A stretch of DNA of 64,000 bases, from contig CBDCLE010000019.1 in assembly GCA_965218585.1 (NCBI GenBank), positions 64,001 to 128,000 of the forward strand, read 5' to 3'. Below, piece by piece: positions 51,901-62,299 of the stretch (the first letter of the stretch is position 1; the number at the start of each line of letters is the position of its first letter). Both the position numbers and the translations under genes were made by a program. The stretch comes from Terriglobia bacterium (GTDB lineage: Bacteria > Acidobacteriota > Terriglobia > 20CM-2-55-15). The notes under the pieces are model-generated. The model did no database searches. It was not told the DNA's origin and worked only from the letters and a program-made list of their open reading frames with translations.

Positions 51901-52454
51901 ACTGGCTCCTGGGCCACGTAACCGGCAGTGGACAAGTGCTCCAGCATGAGTTCCTGGGAGAGTTCGTCACCCAGTGTGATGTGGAGACCGCAGGAGTCGA
52001 AGCTGGTTGGCCGCGGCAGGCGGCTGCCCAGTGCCCGGACACTGGTCGCGACGATATCCGCGTCCCCCGAGCGGAGCCGCCAGAGCGTACGGGCCCGGGC
52101 CTGTCCGATGTCGGCGTGGGGCGAGAGCCCCGAGTAGGGATCGGTGTCCCAGGCCGGAAAACTGGAAACGCGATCCGCCGAACGTTCATTGAGCTCGGAA
52201 TGGAAATACCCGATGTCCGAGGAAAGACTCTCCGTGGCCGTTTCCTCACGCGTCACCAGCACGATCGGCCGTCGAAGGCTCTGCCACAGGGCAGCCAGAA
52301 ACAAACCTTTCACCGATCCACCACCGAGACCCGCAACGGTCACCGGCTCCTGGTTCTTCAGAGTTTCGGCCGCAATCCGGCGGACGTCGGCGACTTCCAG
52401 AATTCTGGACAGAGACTCACGGAGTTTGTTCCGCGGAAGATTCTGAAGGGACAC
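48969..52454 (-). CDS. mfd: Transcription-repair coupling factor
   Basis: RGGIVDVF, VVHVDHGVG, CGDVGYGKTEVA, DEEQRFGV, TATPIPRT, QLRGRVGRS, DLELRGAGNLLG. Confidence 0.97.
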   Translation of the reverse strand: MSLQNLPRNKLRESLSRILEVADVRRIAAETLKNQEPVTVAGLGGGSVKGLFLAALWQSLRRPIVLVTREETATESLSSDIGYFHSELNERSADRVSSFPAWDTDPYSGLSPHADIGQARARTLWRLRSGDADIVATSVRALGSRLPRPTSFDSCGLHITLGDELSQELMLEHLSTAGYVAQEPVGSVGEFSERGGIVDVFSPLMSNPARIEFFGDTVESIREFDPDDQRSTNPLRRIDILPMQEQFVTREMFRDWAGKARGQWEEERYHDDLNEKLALADDGEPFPGSQFLIPLLQPLESTLVHYLDEAVFVLDEPELLDKGYAEYCDTLEHRFRQTESVGGLALGPEQLFLSSDEVTSVLDKYPRLGLEELGAGGSDFLVIGQPARRFHGRMREMVETIRDSFEAGRQVLLMGSTVGMAERLRDILHEYELPILTEFGDAPLKAPTDGNAPVVAVGRISSGFRLPDVGLEVFAETDILDETEHFTPSRRSKSRISTFLSDLQDLKPGNYVVHVDHGVGNYGGLETIHGQECMVLTYHDGDRLYVPLDRLDLVQKYSATEGSHPKLDRLGGTTWVQRKAKVRRAIRDMAQELLQLYAERKVALGHAFSPDTEWQTEFEEAFQYEETEDQHTSIREIKDDMELQTPMDRLICGDVGYGKTEVAMRAVFKAVSDGKQVAVLAPTTVLTFQHYETFKERFAAFPMSIAMLSRFVGPKEQKQIVSEAGAGKVDVVIGTHRILSKDVHFHDLGLLIVDEEQRFGVAHKERLKQLKKQVDVLTMTATPIPRTLHMALTGLRDMSVIETPPRDRLAINTSVLKFNPQVIENAINFELDRGGQVYLVHNRVQSIYSLADFIRRICPRARIAVGHGQMREKELENVMLRFMHHEFDVLVATTIIENGLDIPLANTLIVNRADRYGLSQLYQLRGRVGRSNRRAYAYLLIPSDKVLTPIARRRLAAIREFSELGAGFRIAALDLELRGAGNLLGGQQHGHIEAIGFDLYCQMLERTMEELRTGEVAPEVETTIRLGSDLKIPESFVPDEMLRLRMYKSIASARTEGAIDLQYQDLEDRFGSLPDAIRNLLEYARLRLRGRSLGVHLIERKRDAINIVFDQKAHIDPERIVQLVEGDPDVVFAPPATLRIKPPGPGRSIFESIQSVLEEVS

Positions 52455-52455
52455 G

Positions 52456-52944
52456 CTACGTCTTTCCCAGACGGGAGAGGACGCGCTCGACTACGCCGGT
52501 ACTCGACTGACCCTCGACTAACAGCACGGCAACTACTTTGCCACCCCATGCCTCGACTTCTTCCTGCCCGACGATACCCTTGTCCTTCCAATCGGATCCC
52601 TTGACAAGTACGTCGGGATGGATCTCGAGGATCGCCTCCAGAGGTGTGTCTTCATCGAAAACACACACGAAGTCAACCGGCTCCATCGCGCTCAACACTT
52701 CGGCCCGCTCTGATTGATCAAAGATCGGGCGTCCTTCGCCTTTCAATCGCCGGACCGATTCGTTGCTGTTTATCGCGACAACCAGAACGTCACCATGCTC
52801 CCGGGCCGCCCGGAACAGTTCGATATGCCCAGGATGAAGTATGTCGAAGCAGCCATTCGTGAACACCACGCGTTTACCCTCAGCCTTCAAATCAGGAACA
52901 ATCGCGGCCAGGGAATCGACGGTTTCTATCTTGTGGGTGGACAT
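52456..52944 (-). CDS. rfaE2: D-glycero-beta-D-manno-heptose 1-phosphate adenylyltransferase
   Basis: VFTNGCFDILHPGH, NSNESVRRLKGEGRP, PDVLVKGSDW, SSTG. Confidence 0.9.
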   Translation of the reverse strand: MSTHKIETVDSLAAIVPDLKAEGKRVVFTNGCFDILHPGHIELFRAAREHGDVLVVAINSNESVRRLKGEGRPIFDQSERAEVLSAMEPVDFVCVFDEDTPLEAILEIHPDVLVKGSDWKDKGIVGQEEVEAWGGKVVAVLLVEGQSSTGVVERVLSRLGKT

Positions 52945-53014
52945 GTGCTTGTGGGGTTTCCAGAGGATTCAGACCGCTGGTTTTGCAGTCCCAAAGTAGT
53001 ATAGCATCGCCGTT

Positions 53015-54394
53015 GTGCGTCTCCGGCTGACGGCCATAGCCCTGTGTTCGGGTGCTTTTCTCGTGGGATGGTTGGGTCTTCGGTCTGCGGCACCAGACAC
53101 GGTTCGAGGTGTCCTGCCCCTTGACCCGGCGACGCCTTACATACGCTTCGTACCCGATTCTTCACCTACCACAACGGCTGTCCTCGTTCACGGCCTGAAC
53201 TCCAACAAGGAATTCATGCAAACGTTCGCGATGGCGCTGGCCGATGCGGGCGTGGACACTTACGCCATTGACCTTCCCGGCCACGGAGACTCGTCAGCGC
53301 CCTTCAACTATGCGAACAGTCTTCGGGCAGTCACCTCCCTGCTCGATACGTTCGAGCGTCAACCTGTCGTCGTCGGTCATTCAATGGGCGGTGGTTTGCT
53401 CGCCGATCTGGCACCCTTACGCGAGTTTGAAACGATGCTCCTTCTCTCTCCCGTGCCCGTACCCGTAGAGGACTTTCCTGCCCGGCGGCTTCTGATAGTC
53501 AGCGGCGCGCTTGAAGCTCCACGGGTCAACGCGTTTTTCCCCACCTTGATAGAATCCGCAAGCGGCGAGACCCTCTGGTTGAAGTTTCCTGACGCAGGTC
53601 ATTCCACCGCCCTGTTTGCCCCTGGAAAGATTCGACAAGTGGTGGAATGGGTCGTCGGTGACGAGGTCTCATCACGGACAACCGAACGCTACGTGTGGCT
53701 GCTGCTCATCGCTCTGGCCGGCATCACCGCTGGATGGGTGCTCCTCCCCAGGGGGGAAACCCCGACTCTCACTCGGCGCCCGCCGGTGCTCGGGCCCACG
53801 CTCGTCGGCTACGTCGCCGCTTCGGGAGTGGTGATCCTGTTGCTGCGCTTCGTCAACCCGATGGGGTGGCTCAACCTGTTCGCCGCGGACTATCTGGCCG
53901 GTTTCATCCTGGTGACGGGACTTCTACTCTGGAGAGGAAGTGGCTTCTCGATGACAGGCAGAGGCGTAACCGTCGGTGCGCTGGCGGCTGTCTACGCCGT
54001 CACAGTGCTGCTGGGGGGCGTTGGCGGAAATCTGATTCATCTCGTTCCCTCCGGGATCCAGTGGCTCTGGTTCCCCGTATTGACCCTAGCCAGTCTGCCG
54101 CTGTTCCTCCATGACGAACTGGCGCTTCGACCCATCCCGGTCGCATGGAAACGCTGGGGCATGTTCCTGCTGACCCGAATCATCCTGTGGGCCGCCGTCG
54201 TTATCGGGGTGCTACTCCTGAACACAGACAAAGAATTTCTCGTTCTGATCATGCATCTGATCGTAGTGTTCTGGATAGTGCTTTGGGGAATCACCGGTTT
54301 GATCGCCCGCCGGACGGGAGAGGCGGGCGCCGCGGCACTGTTCGCAGCGATTGTGCATGGGTGGGCCCTTGCTGCCGTGTTTGTAAGGATCTGA
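53015..54394 (+). CDS. Alpha/beta-hydrolase with a C-terminal multi-TM domain
   Basis: LVHG, DLPGHGDS, GHSMGG nucleophile elbow, AGH; about 7 C-terminal TMs. Confidence 0.8.
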   Translation: MRLRLTAIALCSGAFLVGWLGLRSAAPDTVRGVLPLDPATPYIRFVPDSSPTTTAVLVHGLNSNKEFMQTFAMALADAGVDTYAIDLPGHGDSSAPFNYANSLRAVTSLLDTFERQPVVVGHSMGGGLLADLAPLREFETMLLLSPVPVPVEDFPARRLLIVSGALEAPRVNAFFPTLIESASGETLWLKFPDAGHSTALFAPGKIRQVVEWVVGDEVSSRTTERYVWLLLIALAGITAGWVLLPRGETPTLTRRPPVLGPTLVGYVAASGVVILLLRFVNPMGWLNLFAADYLAGFILVTGLLLWRGSGFSMTGRGVTVGALAAVYAVTVLLGGVGGNLIHLVPSGIQWLWFPVLTLASLPLFLHDELALRPIPVAWKRWGMFLLTRIILWAAVVIGVLLLNTDKEFLVLIMHLIVVFWIVLWGITGLIARRTGEAGAAALFAAIVHGWALAAVFVRI

Positions 54395-54397
54395 ACC

Positions 54398-54421
54398 AAG
54401 GTCAGGCCTGACTCTGACCTT
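54398..54421. terminator. Hairpin between convergent genes (possible terminator or REP-like palindrome)
   Basis: AAGGTCAG-GCCTGACT-CTGACCTT, 8-bp stem. Confidence 0.4.
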
Positions 54422-54445
54422 CAGTGTAGAGGCTGAAAATCGTTT

Positions 54446-55129
54446 CTACCGGCCCGCAGCGATATCTCTGAGCAGACTGAAGGAACGGCCGAGTTGAAAA
54501 GCGTGGGAATAGGCTGTTCCGTTTCTCAAAACCTGTGTCCAGTTGGAGCGCCGCCTGGCCTCGCTCGTTGCTAGACTCCGCCAGTCGCCGAGTCTCTCGA
54601 ACGCCAGAGGCATTGACCGATCGATCTCTTCACGAACCACGTCTTCGACATTATCGATCGCCCGGAGTTCAATATCGATCAGGGCCTGTGCTTGAACTTC
54701 CTGGCTCGACCCCGGAAAAGCAAAGTTCGGACGACCATCTGATGCCATTCGTCCGTCATAGGAGCGCAGGATGTAACCGGCTAACCGCTCGGTCGCCTGA
54801 GCCAGGCTTAGAGCGACACAGTCAGTGGAACCTCCGGTAACCAAGCAGACGGCCTGTAGGGGTCCCCGCACCCGTGTTGGTCCCAAAACCTCGACGGGAT
54901 ATACAGTTGGCAAAGGACCAACCTGGGGTGCCGGGACTGGCGCGGGTACGGGCAAGGGAGTCGGTGCGACAGGAACCGGTATGGGTGTCTGGGTCGTCAC
55001 GGGAAGCGTCTGAGCGATGGCAACCGGGACATGGACGACCATCAAGATCGCTGACACGAACGCCAGAACCCGCCAGTTTCGGAAACAGTTCAGGTCCACT
55101 TCAAACTCTCCCATTCGTTTCGTTCCCAT
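54446..55129 (-). CDS. Hypothetical secreted protein with a Pro/Val/Thr-rich N-terminal linker
   Basis: Hydrophobic signal ending AIA-Q, then PVTTQTPIPVPVAPTPLPVPAP; co-oriented with neighbours. Confidence 0.55.
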   Translation of the reverse strand: MGTKRMGEFEVDLNCFRNWRVLAFVSAILMVVHVPVAIAQTLPVTTQTPIPVPVAPTPLPVPAPVPAPQVGPLPTVYPVEVLGPTRVRGPLQAVCLVTGGSTDCVALSLAQATERLAGYILRSYDGRMASDGRPNFAFPGSSQEVQAQALIDIELRAIDNVEDVVREEIDRSMPLAFERLGDWRSLATSEARRRSNWTQVLRNGTAYSHAFQLGRSFSLLRDIAAGR

Positions 55130-55153
55130 AGGATGCTTCGATCGGGAAACGGA

Positions 55154-56656
55154 CTATTGCTCCGCGATGGCGTGGTATTCGCCCTCGGTGAAATTGAGGA
55201 TGTCTCTGAGATTGAGTTCCTCAGGATTTCGTTCATACGCCTGACGGTACAGTCGGAGTGCGACCTCGAAATCTTCAGACGAAGGATCGGCTTTCGCCGT
55301 CAACGCAAAACCGCGCTCGAGCAGCGACCACGTTTCGTAGTCGTATTGCTCTTGGGGTGTCCGCCCAAGGACGGCGTCGTCAAAGCTTTCTTGGATGACT
55401 TGTCGGAGGCACGCGGCGTCACACCGCGGACACTGGCCCATTCCCGAGGTCAGACCGGCAAAGTATCGGTGCGCATCCCGGACATCCAGGTCATCCGGAT
55501 AGCGTTCCCGGGCCGTGGTCAGCCATTCGAAACTTTCTTCCCAATCGGTGCGACCCACTTCCAGCGCGTCCAGCAGCACGGTCGTGCGGTTCTTGCTCGC
55601 TGGAGCAGGAACCCGAAGAGCGTTGCCCGACTGCTGCACCCATTGGGTCTGCGCCTGCCGAGACATCGATGCCAACGCCGGGGTAGTCGACGGCGCCCGA
55701 AGGACACTGGGATCCACCGTGATGGGCCGATCGCCATCAAGGTCCCGCAAATCTACGACATTCGAATCTACAAAGACGGAAGCGTTGGAACCGGTCGCTG
55801 GAGTGCGCGTCCCGAGCCCGCTTGAAGGCTGATCTGCACCCGCCACTGCATCGCTAAGGTTCGTGTCGGGATCAGAATCGAAGTCCGATCCCACCGGTAC
55901 GGCGTTCCCGCCGTCAGCCCCAAGGCTATCGGAAATCCCACCAAGAACGTCGTCGATCCGCCCCGCGGCCCGCGCCAACTCCTCGGCCCGCCGCTGACGT
56001 TCCAACTCGGCCTGCCGAGCCTGCTCGGCTTGAATCTGGGCAAGACTGTTCCGGGCGCGCCGCATGTTCTCCCGAATCGCATCGTAAGTCCGGGCGTATA
56101 GAGAACCCGGGTTGTACGTAAAATCGGGGTTGCCGGACATCGCCTCAAGACCCGCTTCGAACAGAGCGATCGCCTGCGCGTAGTTACCTGTATAAGAGAC
56201 CCTCATCCCCAACTCGTTCAGAGTATCCGCCAAATTCTCGTTAATGATCCCGTCGCGACCATACCGGAGGCGCGCGGCCTCAGTGAAGAGCCGAGCTGCG
56301 GTCTCCAGATCACCTGAGTTTCGCGCGTCCCAGGCCTGTCGGCGGAGCTGGGCAGCCTGTTGTCCGCGGATGGCATCCTCGGACGCCTCTATCGGGCCGT
56401 CATCGTCGTCACCAAAGCCAAACAGCTTCCCAAGGGCATCAAAAAGATCACCAAAAGTAGGGCCCGAACCGCCCGAACCGCCGCCGGTATTGCCACCACC
56501 GCCGCTACCATCCCCACCACAACCCAACGGACTCTCCACACAACCGCTGGGACCGACGTCAGGAACCTGGGCCTGAGCTTCCGTAATTCCAAAAAGAAGG
56601 ACCACTGACGCAACCGTACCCAAGCAGACTGCCAAGCGTCTCATCGCAAACTCCAT
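55154..56656 (-). CDS. Hypothetical secreted TPR-like/coiled-coil protein
   Basis: Signal AQA-Q, Gly-rich linker, TPR-like helices (GDLETAARLFTEAARL, GNYAQAIALFEAGL, ALRLYRQAYERNP). Confidence 0.65.
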   Translation of the reverse strand: MEFAMRRLAVCLGTVASVVLLFGITEAQAQVPDVGPSGCVESPLGCGGDGSGGGGNTGGGSGGSGPTFGDLFDALGKLFGFGDDDDGPIEASEDAIRGQQAAQLRRQAWDARNSGDLETAARLFTEAARLRYGRDGIINENLADTLNELGMRVSYTGNYAQAIALFEAGLEAMSGNPDFTYNPGSLYARTYDAIRENMRRARNSLAQIQAEQARQAELERQRRAEELARAAGRIDDVLGGISDSLGADGGNAVPVGSDFDSDPDTNLSDAVAGADQPSSGLGTRTPATGSNASVFVDSNVVDLRDLDGDRPITVDPSVLRAPSTTPALASMSRQAQTQWVQQSGNALRVPAPASKNRTTVLLDALEVGRTDWEESFEWLTTARERYPDDLDVRDAHRYFAGLTSGMGQCPRCDAACLRQVIQESFDDAVLGRTPQEQYDYETWSLLERGFALTAKADPSSEDFEVALRLYRQAYERNPEELNLRDILNFTEGEYHAIAEQ

Positions 56657-56893
56657 AAGGGAAAGCTATGCGATCCCGGTCGTAAACCCGAAACGCACCT
56701 GCGAATAACATTCTAACACGCTGAAAAAGAAAGACTTAATGGATATTAGCATGGGTGTCACAACCTGACCAACGATTAGCGACACCTCCACATCATCTGC
56801 TCATTAGTCGATACCTCGTTCTGGTATGACCCGTGGCGTTTGGCGGTCTTGGGCAGGCGATGGGAGTCGTCCCGGGGCTTGATGACGATCGTA

Positions 56894-57745
56894 CTAACAG
56901 CGAAATACGGAACCGCGGCGATTGGTGGCCGACGGTGGGGCCCCAGCGACCGGCACCCAAATCTCCTCTTGGTCGTTCCAAGCAAGGTCGTACCACACCC
57001 CCCCGATTTGGCCCAGTTTCACCGGGCCGCGCGCGCGCAACAACCGACCGTCCGGCCCCCGTTCACTGACATAAGCGATGTGGTCAGCCTCGATGTAGAC
57101 TCCAGTCGAACGACCCTCGCGCAACCGGTCAACGGTTCTCTGGGACCATAACTGCCAGTATTGGCGGTCTGAACTCTCGTTTGTGGGGTAGTACGTCTGA
57201 CCTGCTATCCGCACCGTACTATTGCTGTTCAGGACCCTGTCCGCACGCATCTGGAAAACGTCGCGTAGGGTCGGTATGGAACCGACGCCTCCGGGAAACT
57301 CGAAATCGTTGTCACCCCTGACGCGCCTGAAGTCGATGTTTCCGTTCGGGTCGATCCTCAGCCGGTACTCTCGGGCCGTAGGGTTGCTGCTGGTGTCGTC
57401 CAGGGTAAACGTCGCGTCCCTGCAGTTGATCAGAAAGCGCCGGCCATAGACGTCATTTGTATTGGTGATGTCGTAGATCTCGAGCTGAGCCGTCATTACT
57501 GCGCCAGGGGGTGACCCCTCGAAGGTGCGCTCGGAGCGAGCAACCATAGAGATTGCGCGACCATCGAGATAAAACACGTTGCGGTCGCCCCAACGCCCGA
57601 ACAGGTTAGCGGCGCTCCACGGTCCACCCCGGTCGGAGGACTGCCGGAGTAGCTCAGCCTTCGCCTCCGTTGGACGTAAAGAGGCAGGAAGCACGCTAGT
57701 AGCAAGCGTCAATATCAGAAGGAGGATCAGGCGGCGCGTGGTCAC
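56894..57745 (-). CDS. Hypothetical secreted protein
   Basis: GTG start, RRLILLLILTLATSVL signal, beta-rich body; the upstream ORF extension is antisense to the ABC permease and was disregarded. Confidence 0.55.
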   Translation of the reverse strand: MTTRRLILLLILTLATSVLPASLRPTEAKAELLRQSSDRGGPWSAANLFGRWGDRNVFYLDGRAISMVARSERTFEGSPPGAVMTAQLEIYDITNTNDVYGRRFLINCRDATFTLDDTSSNPTAREYRLRIDPNGNIDFRRVRGDNDFEFPGGVGSIPTLRDVFQMRADRVLNSNSTVRIAGQTYYPTNESSDRQYWQLWSQRTVDRLREGRSTGVYIEADHIAYVSERGPDGRLLRARGPVKLGQIGGVWYDLAWNDQEEIWVPVAGAPPSATNRRGSVFRC

Positions 57746-57833
57746 GGGCCGAATGTAACAGGGCAGCACAACGTATTCCAAGAAAAAGGAGACACAGAGC
57801 TCTGACACCTTTTTCTTGTGCTTTAATGGTTCC

Positions 57834-58979
57834 GTGAAGTTCCTCCCGCTGATCCTCAAAAATACCTTTCGAAACAAGCGACGGACGCTCCTGACCGTGC
57901 TCAGTATCGGGATGTCGCTTTTCCTGATCAGCACCTTGCGAACGCTCTTGACCTCGCTGGAAGATCCGGACATGACGCCCGACTCGGCCCTTCGCGTCGT
58001 GACGCGTCACAAGGTCTCGCTCGCGAACGTGATGCCGATCGCCTACAAGGACCGCATCGCTCAGGTTGCCGGCGTGACCGCCGTCAACGCGCAACAGTGG
58101 TTCGGCGGCATGTATCAAGATCCGGCGAATTTCTTTGCGAACTTTGCCGTCGATCATGAAACCTTCTTCGAAGTTTACCCGGACATCCAGACCGGCCCCG
58201 AAGCGCGAGCGGCATTCGAAACGGGACGGACCGCCTCACTGGTGGGCGAGGATCTCGCGGAACGGTTCGGTTGGGAAGTCGGCCAGCGCGTCACACTGGA
58301 AGGTGTCATCTTCCCGTTCGACGTGGAAACCTTAATCGCGGGCTTCGTCACGGGCGCCAACAGCGAGAACGTTTTCTATTTCCGGTGGGACTACTTCGAC
58401 GAGTTGTTCGACCGTGAGGGTGTCTCCGGAACTTTCATTGTCCGCGTCGAAGACGCAGACACCGTGCCTGAAGTCGCCGAAGCCATCGATGCCGGGTTTG
58501 ACAGCACGAATACGCCGACAAAGACCGAGAGCGAACAGGCGTTCGTTCTCGGTTTCATGGAGATGTGGGGGAACATCCGGGCGCTCATCGTGAGCATCTC
58601 CACCGTCGTCCTTTTCACGATCATTCTGGTTGCAGCCAACACGATGGCAATGTCGATTCGGGAACGCACGGGCGAAATCGCAATACTGAAGACGATCGGA
58701 TTCCGCGGCCCTCAGGTCCTGGGTCTGGTAATCGCCGAGTCGCTGCTGATCGCTGTGACCGGGGGTCTGGTTGGAGCGCTCGGTGCCCGCTACATTTACG
58801 CTGGCGTCAATTTCAGCGCGATGACGATGGGTTTTATTCCCCAGTTCATCGTGCGATGGGACACGGTCGGACTGGCTCTTGTTATCGCCGTCGGCGTGGC
58901 CATGGTCAGCACGTTCATCCCCGCATACAGCGCCTCGCGTCTGGCAATTGTGGACGCCGTCCGGCGAAGGGGCGAATAG
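57834..58979 (+). CDS. MacB/FtsX-like ABC exporter permease 1
   Basis: KNTFRNKRRTLLT, ANTMAMSIRERTGEIAILKTIGF, C-terminal PAYSASRL. Confidence 0.9.
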   Translation: MKFLPLILKNTFRNKRRTLLTVLSIGMSLFLISTLRTLLTSLEDPDMTPDSALRVVTRHKVSLANVMPIAYKDRIAQVAGVTAVNAQQWFGGMYQDPANFFANFAVDHETFFEVYPDIQTGPEARAAFETGRTASLVGEDLAERFGWEVGQRVTLEGVIFPFDVETLIAGFVTGANSENVFYFRWDYFDELFDREGVSGTFIVRVEDADTVPEVAEAIDAGFDSTNTPTKTESEQAFVLGFMEMWGNIRALIVSISTVVLFTIILVAANTMAMSIRERTGEIAILKTIGFRGPQVLGLVIAESLLIAVTGGLVGALGARYIYAGVNFSAMTMGFIPQFIVRWDTVGLALVIAVGVAMVSTFIPAYSASRLAIVDAVRRRGE

Positions 58980-58998
58980 GCCGCCACCGAGACGAACG

Positions 58999-60138
58999 TT
59001 GATACCCATCCGATACAACCTGCGCAGCCTCATCCGACGGCGCATGGGCACGCTCATGACGATCCTCGGCGTGGCCTTGACGGTCGGAATCTTCGTCTCG
59101 GTTCTGGCACTGGTCCGGGGGCTTCAGAATACCTACAGCGATACGGGGGGGCCGCTGAATCTGCTTGTAATCCGGGAGGGCTCCCAGTCGGAAACCAACA
59201 GTTTCTTCGATCGAGACGTCAAGGGGATTGTCGAGACGATGGACGGCGTCAGCCAGCTCTCCGGCGAAATCATCATCCTGATCAGTCATCCGCGCGCGAC
59301 GGGAGAGGAGGCAAACGTCCTTGTCCGTGGCGTTTCTGAAAATGCCATGGACCTGCGGCCGGCCATGGAGATCGTCCAAGGCCGGATGTTTCGTCCGGGG
59401 TTGCGGGAAGTCATCGTCAGTCAGTCGGTTTCCAACCGCTTCGCCGGAGCCGGACTCGGCGAGCGAATGCGGATTGGTCAAATCGATTGGGATGTCGTGG
59501 GAATATTCGACGCCGGGAGGACTGCCTACGACTCCGAAATCTGGGCCAGCTACGACGAGTTATCCGGCGAGTTCGAGCGTCCGATCTATTCCTCGCTGAT
59601 CTTTCGTGCCACGGACGCGTCGGCCATTCCCGCCCTGGAGCAACGCATTCTCGACGACCGGCGTCTCCAGCTGGATGTGTTTCGCGAGATCGAATACTTT
59701 CGATCGCAGACATCCACGGCCCTACCGATCCAGATTATCGGTACGTTCATTGCTGTCATCATGGCGATCGGGTCCAGTTTCGCGGTGATGAACACGATGT
59801 ACTCGGCCACGGCATATCGGACTCGGGAAATAGCGACACTCCGGATGCTTGGGTTCCGCCGCAGGGACGTTCTGGCCTCGTTCTTCGTCGAGTCCCTGAT
59901 TCTGGCCCTGGCCGGAGGCGTGGTCGGATGCATCCTGGCCCTGCCGGTCAACGGGATCTCGACGGGAACTCTGAATATCGCCACCTTTTCCGAGGTTCTC
60001 TTCGAATTCCGCATCACCCGGGAACTGATGGCGCAGGGGATGATCTTCGCTGCCGTGATGGGTGTCGCCGGCGGCATCCTCCCAGCCCGGCTGGCCGCCC
60101 GTTTACCTATTATTCGTGCGTTGAGAACAGAGGTATAG
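58999..60138 (+). CDS. MacB/FtsX-like ABC exporter permease 2
   Basis: IPIRYNLRSL, NTMYSA..RTREIATLRMLGF, PARLAARLP; TTG start. Confidence 0.9.
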   Translation: MIPIRYNLRSLIRRRMGTLMTILGVALTVGIFVSVLALVRGLQNTYSDTGGPLNLLVIREGSQSETNSFFDRDVKGIVETMDGVSQLSGEIIILISHPRATGEEANVLVRGVSENAMDLRPAMEIVQGRMFRPGLREVIVSQSVSNRFAGAGLGERMRIGQIDWDVVGIFDAGRTAYDSEIWASYDELSGEFERPIYSSLIFRATDASAIPALEQRILDDRRLQLDVFREIEYFRSQTSTALPIQIIGTFIAVIMAIGSSFAVMNTMYSATAYRTREIATLRMLGFRRRDVLASFFVESLILALAGGVVGCILALPVNGISTGTLNIATFSEVLFEFRITRELMAQGMIFAAVMGVAGGILPARLAARLPIIRALRTEV

Positions 60139-60197
60139 TGTCTTTGTGTCGAAGTGGTATCGGGCAGCGAGGCTCAGAAAACGGCGGATCTTAATAA

Positions 60198-61541
60198 ATG
60201 GACGAACTTTCCAACGAGTTACACAAACTGAAGATCGACAAATCTAAACGGATCCGTCACCGGGAAGGTCCGTCGCTGGGATGGATCCTATTGCTCGGTG
60301 GCGTCTTCGCCGGTGTCGTTGGGGGAATATTCCTGTTCCGAAGCGCGACCGGAGTGGTGGGTGTTCAGACAATCCGCCCCCGCACCGAATCGTCGGAAGC
60401 TGCAGTCCTGGTCGCCACCGGATACGTCGTCCCGCACCACCGGATCGAGCTGGGCACGAAAATCCTTGGCCGGGTCGAGTGGGTGGGCGTTGAAAAGGGA
60501 GACTCGGTCCAGGCCGGTGAAGTTCTGGTCCGGCTCGAGGCTCGGGAATACCGTGCGCAACTGGACCGAGCACTCGCGGTCCTCGAAGTCACCGAAGCCC
60601 AATTCGCGGAATTGGACCGGGGTTCGCGCCCCGAAGAGATCGAGCGGGCTCGGGCTGCGGTTGAGGGCGCCGAGGCACAACTCCGCGCCGACGAGGCGAG
60701 TTACCGGAGAATCGAGGCCCTGGTCAACGAAGGTGTGTTCACGCCCGAAAACCTCGACGACGCCCTCGGGCGTCGCGACGTCTCCCGAGCGAGCCTGGAG
60801 ACTTTGAGGCAGGAATACGAGCTGGTTTTGCTCGGCCCGCGCACCGAACAGATCGATGCGGCCCGAGCCGAAGTCGGACGGGCCCTGGCCGACGTGGCCT
60901 TTGCCGAAACCCAGATGGATGCTGTCGAGATCCGGGCTCCGATCGCAGGCGTGATCCTTGAACGAATCGTGGAGCCGGGCGAAATGGTGACGACGTCCTT
61001 TGTGGGAGACCGGGGGGCCAACTCTTCTACAGTAGCCTTGGCGGATCTCTCCGATCTCCAGGTCGAACTCGACATCAGCCAGAACGATTTCAACCGTATA
61101 CTGCCCCAGCACCCGTGTACGGTCGTCACCGATGCTTATCCCGATCATCCCTATGACTGCGCCGTAGCCGAGATCGCTCCCGAGGCAGACCGGCAGCGGG
61201 CAACGATTCAGGTCAAGGTGCAGGTGTTCGATCCGGACGCTCAAATCAAACCTGAAATGAACGCGCGCGTCACTTTCCTGAATCCTGAGGTTTCGGAGCT
61301 GGCGACCCCAACCCCACGGGTTTCCATTCCCTCGAACTCTGTTATCGAAGATACCCCTTCAGGATCGGGGGTTTTCCTCCTGGTGAACGAAACCGTAGAA
61401 CTCCGTCCGATCACGGTGTCTGGAGAACAGGGCGAATGGAGCTACGTGTCAGAGGGCCTTTCAGGAAACGAAACGGTCATCGTCGGCCCGGACCTTACCG
61501 TTCTGAGGGCCGGGGACCGCGTCGGGTCGCGCCCCGAGTGA
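60198..61541 (+). CDS. Efflux periplasmic adaptor subunit (MacA/HlyD-like)
   Basis: TM anchor, [19 protein letters not shown] lipoyl half-motif, long helical hairpin, [18 protein letters not shown]. Confidence 0.9.
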   Translation: MDELSNELHKLKIDKSKRIRHREGPSLGWILLLGGVFAGVVGGIFLFRSATGVVGVQTIRPRTESSEAAVLVATGYVVPHHRIELGTKILGRVEWVGVEKGDSVQAGEVLVRLEAREYRAQLDRALAVLEVTEAQFAELDRGSRPEEIERARAAVEGAEAQLRADEASYRRIEALVNEGVFTPENLDDALGRRDVSRASLETLRQEYELVLLGPRTEQIDAARAEVGRALADVAFAETQMDAVEIRAPIAGVILERIVEPGEMVTTSFVGDRGANSSTVALADLSDLQVELDISQNDFNRILPQHPCTVVTDAYPDHPYDCAVAEIAPEADRQRATIQVKVQVFDPDAQIKPEMNARVTFLNPEVSELATPTPRVSIPSNSVIEDTPSGSGVFLLVNETVELRPITVSGEQGEWSYVSEGLSGNETVIVGPDLTVLRAGDRVGSRPE

Positions 61542-61545
61542 GGCC

Positions 61546-62220
<675 letters not shown>

Positions 62221-62258
62221 CGAAGGCCGGATACACGCAAAGTAAGGATGGGACTGTG

Positions 62259-62292
62259 AGGGCGGGCACGAGGGCCCCGTACCCGCCTTTCT
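62259..62292. terminator. Probable intrinsic terminator between convergent genes
   Basis: AGGGCGGGCACG-AGGGCCC-CGTACCCGCCTT followed by TCT; GC-rich stem with one mismatch. Confidence 0.55.
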
Positions 62293-62299
62293 GTGCAGC

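Noticed and set aside
54920-55010. Repeat-like DNA in the Pro-rich segment
   Set aside because: Explained by low-complexity Pro/Val/Ala/Thr coding, not a nucleotide repeat array
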